A stretch of 64,000 bases of DNA from contig OZ244621.1 of the NCBI GenBank assembly GCA_965218425.1, forward strand, positions 672,001-736,000. Direction: 5' to 3'. The position numbers were made by a program, and so were the translations under genes. This stretch comes from an uncultured Candidatus Binatia bacterium. GTDB taxonomy: Bacteria; Desulfobacterota; Binatia; UBA9968; CAXXLF01. Positions 60,579 through 64,000 of the stretch are shown piece after piece. Under the pieces are notes generated by a model. That model did no database searches, was not told the DNA's origin, and worked only from the letters and a program-made list of their open reading frames with translations. Each line of letters begins with the position of its first letter. The first letter of the stretch is position 1.

Positions 60579-61916
60579 TTGGCAAAGGAAAAGGCACTAG
60601 CAATTATAAAGCGGCTGCGCGACGAAAAACACCAGGCATTCCTGGCCGGCGGCTGTGTGCGGGACGATCTCCTGGGAAGGGCTGCCAAAGACTACGATAT
60701 TGCCACGGACGCCCAACCCGGCGAAGTCCAGCGCATCTTTCCTCAAACCATTCCCCTGGGAACCCAATTCGGCGTGGTCCTGGTGGTTCTGGAGGGGGAA
60801 TCCTTTGCTGTAACCACCTTTCGCTTCGACGGTCCCTACCTCGACGGGCGCCACCCCAGCCATGTGCGCTTCGGCAGCATGGAAGAGGATATCAGGCGAC
60901 GGGACTTTACCATCAATGGGATGCTGTACGACACCTACGAGAACCGCGTCATCGATCTGGTTGGCGGTGCAGAAGATCTGCGCAGGGGCGTCGTCCGCGC
61001 CATCGGAGACCCCCGCCGGCGATTTGAAGAAGACCGCCTTCGCATGGTCAGGGCCGTACGTTTCGCGGCAGGCCTCGGATTCACCATTGAAGAGAACACT
61101 TTAAGGGCCATCCAAGGAGAGGCCCCATCCATTATCCAGGTTGCGTGGGAGCGAATTGGTGAAGAGACCACCCGAGTGTTGACCGAGGGCGGGGCCAGGA
61201 GAGGTTTCGAGCTCTTGGACACCACAGGGCTGCTAGGCGCCCTGATACCCGAGGTGGTGGCGCTAAAGGGTGTCGAGCAGAGTCCAGAATATCACCCCGA
61301 GGGAAACGTCTTTACCCACACAATGGGGCTGCTCGGTCATCTTACCGCTCCCGCGGAGACCCTTGCCTACGGCTGCCTCTTCCACGACATTGCCAAGCCA
61401 CCCTGTTTCGAACGGCGGGGCGATAAAATCACTTTTTACAATCATACCGAGAAAGGCGCCGAAATGGCCGTGGAGATCCTAAAACGGCTGAAGCGAAGCC
61501 GGACGGTTTGGGAGAGGGTGGCTTTCCTGGTGAAAAATCACCTGCGATACACCCAGGCGCCGAAGATGCGCCTGAGCACCTTGAAGAGGTTTTTACGCGA
61601 GGATGCCATAGAGGAATTGTTGGAGCTCTGCCGGATCGATGCCCTTTCCGCCAATGGAGATCTCCAGTACTACAATTTCTGCAGGCAGAAGCTGGCGGAG
61701 CTCAACGAGGAAGAGATTCACCCCTCCCCGCTGCTCAGGGGTAAAGACCTCATTGCAATGGGCTTCTCTCCGGGGCCAATATTTCGGGAGATTCTTAAGC
61801 AGATTGAAGAGGGTCAGCTAAACGGTGAAATTTTGAGCAGGGACCAGGCAATGGACTGGATAAGAAAAGAATATGGCAACCCAAAGGAGGAACGGGGTAA
61901 AATCGAGGTAAAATAA
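60579..61916 (+). CDS. cca: Class II tRNA nucleotidyltransferase (CCA-type) with HD domain
   Basis: GGCVRD-LLG, DYD, RRDFTING, EDRLR--RA-RF, Q---YHPEG, HD. Confidence 0.85.
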   Translation: MAKEKALAIIKRLRDEKHQAFLAGGCVRDDLLGRAAKDYDIATDAQPGEVQRIFPQTIPLGTQFGVVLVVLEGESFAVTTFRFDGPYLDGRHPSHVRFGSMEEDIRRRDFTINGMLYDTYENRVIDLVGGAEDLRRGVVRAIGDPRRRFEEDRLRMVRAVRFAAGLGFTIEENTLRAIQGEAPSIIQVAWERIGEETTRVLTEGGARRGFELLDTTGLLGALIPEVVALKGVEQSPEYHPEGNVFTHTMGLLGHLTAPAETLAYGCLFHDIAKPPCFERRGDKITFYNHTEKGAEMAVEILKRLKRSRTVWERVAFLVKNHLRYTQAPKMRLSTLKRFLREDAIEELLELCRIDALSANGDLQYYNFCRQKLAELNEEEIHPSPLLRGKDLIAMGFSPGPIFREILKQIEEGQLNGEILSRDQAMDWIRKEYGNPKEERGKIEVK

Positions 61917-61936
61917 CCTGGTCGAACTTTTCCAGG

Positions 61937-62749
61937 CTATGAACCCGGATCTTCATGATGGGGCACCTTAAGGGCCAAACACTTCGCGCTGCCGCCTGCT
62001 TTAATAAACTCGCTCAGGGGGGTCTCGTAGACGGAGAAGCCCTGTTTTTCTAAGCTTGATCGTACTTCAGGGCAACCATCGTTCATGACGATGTTCGTGC
62101 CATCCACGATTGCATTGCAAGCAAACCTCTTGGCCTCGGCTTCCGGCACAGGGATGAGAGTTGGGATGCGACTTTCCAGCACTTTGATACCGTAAGGGTC
62201 AAAGGCGCCGGGGAAAAACAGCGCCCGGTTGCCCCCCAAAGGACAAAAACACGTGTCTAGATGATAGAACCACTCATTGGTCAGCTCCAGCGACAAGACC
62301 TCTCGTTGGAGCAGCTCTGCGATTTTATGGTGCGGTTGGATATCGGATCGGATATGGTAACCGGCATAGAAACTATCCCCGCAAAGCAGGAGGTCCCCTT
62401 CTCCTTCGAAAAACTCCTCCCCCGCAATATTGACAATCTCGTAGCCTCTTACCTGGAACCATTCCTCAAACTGAGACGCCTCTCCCCTTCTGACCTCGTG
62501 GCGGAATTTGCTCGGGAAAAATGTTTCGTTCCAAACCAGGCCAGCGTTGGCGGTGAAGACCATGTCGGGAAGGCCAGGTACGGGTTCCGCCAGCACAACC
62601 TCTACATCCAGCCGATCCTGAAGAAGTCGCGAAAGCAGTCTCCATTGTTCTTTCGCCAAATCAGTATCACTGGGTTCATTGCGCCTCATCCAGGGGTTAA
62701 TCTCGTATACGATGCCATAGTATATGGGAGGACACATCAGCAGTCGCAT
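61937..62749 (-). CDS. Amidinotransferase/DDAH superfamily, arginine dihydrolase-like
   Basis: YEINPWM, PDMVFTAN, FEGEGD, YHLDTC, GGSAKC. Confidence 0.85.
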   Translation of the reverse strand: MRLLMCPPIYYGIVYEINPWMRRNEPSDTDLAKEQWRLLSRLLQDRLDVEVVLAEPVPGLPDMVFTANAGLVWNETFFPSKFRHEVRRGEASQFEEWFQVRGYEIVNIAGEEFFEGEGDLLLCGDSFYAGYHIRSDIQPHHKIAELLQREVLSLELTNEWFYHLDTCFCPLGGNRALFFPGAFDPYGIKVLESRIPTLIPVPEAEAKRFACNAIVDGTNIVMNDGCPEVRSSLEKQGFSVYETPLSEFIKAGGSAKCLALKVPHHEDPGS

Positions 62750-62794
62750 GGTTAAACTCCACTAATTCCAAATGATTGTGTTCGGTTCGGCCCG

Positions 62795-64000
62795 TTAGTT
62801 TTTCCTCTTGCCTTTATCCTTTTTACCTTGGCTCCTTGTCTTTCCCGATGCGATCGATTTTTCTTCACCCAGGTATTGGCAGAGTTCTCTCAAAAATGAT
62901 TCCACGTCCGTTACCAATCCAATGGCTTGAAAGGTGCCGCGGTCCGTCAGCTTCGTGACCACCGCCGGGTTGATGTCGACGCAGACGGTTTTTACGCTGG
63001 CCGGAAGCAAATTGCCCGTGGCGATGGCATGGAGTGTGGTGGCCATCATCAGGGCAAGGCTTGCCCCGCGCGCCTTTTCCCTCATGAGTTCTTGTGCCTT
63101 GAGGGTATCGGTCACCACATCCGGGAGAGGCCCGTCATCACGAATGGATCCCGCCAGGAGGAAATCCGCCCCTTTCTTTACACAGCTATAGAGGATTCCC
63201 TTGGTCAGAATCCCCTGCTCCACGGCCTGCCGTATCCCGCCCGCCCTGCGGATTCGGTTGATGGCCCACAGGTGGTGCTCATGCCCCTCGGCGGCCCGGA
63301 TCTTTTTATCCAAATAAACCCCCAGGGAGGTCCCATAAAGGGCGGCTTCGATGTCATGAACCGCGAGCCCATTCCCGGCAAACAGCACATGGACATAACC
63401 CCCATCGATCATTTGCGCGATGTATTGAGATGCGCCCGTATGGACCAACCCCGGACCCGCAACCGCCAGGACCTTGCCGCCATCGCGACGGATTCTTTTC
63501 ATGGACTCGGCGATTTCCCGGATCAAAATACCCTTGGGTCTCTCGGTGGACACCGGGCTCGACATAAACTCGAACACCTCACGGGAGACCCGACGCTCCA
63601 CAGGGAGAATTTTGACTCCACGATGACCCACCACGATGGCATCTCCCTTTTTCACCCTGTGAATGGGAATGGTCTCCGCCCGTGCGCGGGCGGGGTCCAC
63701 ACGAATTCCACAGTCCATCTCCGGAGACTGGACATCGATCCAATGATCATTGAACCGGACCTGAGTCTGAAGATTCGTGGTGGCGTAAAATTTGTCCGGA
63801 AAGACCCCGTCCATCGGCGCCGATGCTAACCGCACCGGCTTCTTTTCCTCTTCTATGGGTAAGGCGCCATGCTCCTTGATCCGGGCCAGGACGTGGTCCA
63901 ACATCTCACGGTTGCGACCCTCAATGGAAATCTTCGCGTAACTTCGATCGTTACGGCGATGCCCCACCTGCACCTCAAGAATCTCAAACTCTCCCCCAAG
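62795..64000 (-). CDS. TIGR00300 (LOR/SDH-like) protein, ornithine cyclodeaminase-like; 5' end outside the window
   Basis: FY-TTN, EMDC, FEFMSS-VSTE, GNGLAVHDIE, AGSIRDDGPL, TKL-DRG. Confidence 0.85.
   Translation of the reverse strand, partial: LGGEFEILEVQVGHRRNDRSYAKISIEGRNREMLDHVLARIKEHGALPIEEEKKPVRLASAPMDGVFPDKFYATTNLQTQVRFNDHWIDVQSPEMDCGIRVDPARARAETIPIHRVKKGDAIVVGHRGVKILPVERRVSREVFEFMSSPVSTERPKGILIREIAESMKRIRRDGGKVLAVAGPGLVHTGASQYIAQMIDGGYVHVLFAGNGLAVHDIEAALYGTSLGVYLDKKIRAAEGHEHHLWAINRIRRAGGIRQAVEQGILTKGILYSCVKKGADFLLAGSIRDDGPLPDVVTDTLKAQELMREKARGASLALMMATTLHAIATGNLLPASVKTVCVDINPAVVTKLTDRGTFQAIGLVTDVESFLRELCQYLGEEKSIASGKTRSQGKKDKGKRKN

Overview
Bacterial chromosomal window of about 55-60% GC. 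Gene content suggests a Deltaproteobacteria/Binatia-like organism, which is an inference only. The backbone carries a Zn/Mn-type uptake operon preceded by a RAPP-motif leader ORF, two bactofilins, oppABC, a HemQ/ChdC-like gene, a large aromatic-catabolism region (Rieske oxygenase, UbiD decarboxylases, gentisate dioxygenase, deiodinase-like protein, amidohydrolases, ABC transporter), plant-type thrC plus cystathionine gamma-synthase, two orphan xanthine-dehydrogenase-family large subunits, a CCA-adding enzyme and a split AgrE/ArgZ-like arginine-to-proline pair. This backbone is repeatedly broken by mosaic islands bounded by GGGGTCA-type ends. At least one end family is the 3' end of a decayed RAYT-like Y1 (HUH) transposase. 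These ends truncate host genes, flank foreign cargo (higBA, dienelactone hydrolase, tonB), are fused to IS110 left-end fragments and serve as the insertion site of both IS1182 copies. An IS630 sits just after codon 4 of an xdh-type gene and supplies a new in-frame start. Many genes are truncated or internally deleted. No rRNA, tRNA or CRISPR array was seen. All calls come from motif recognition and manual alignment; no database searches were run.
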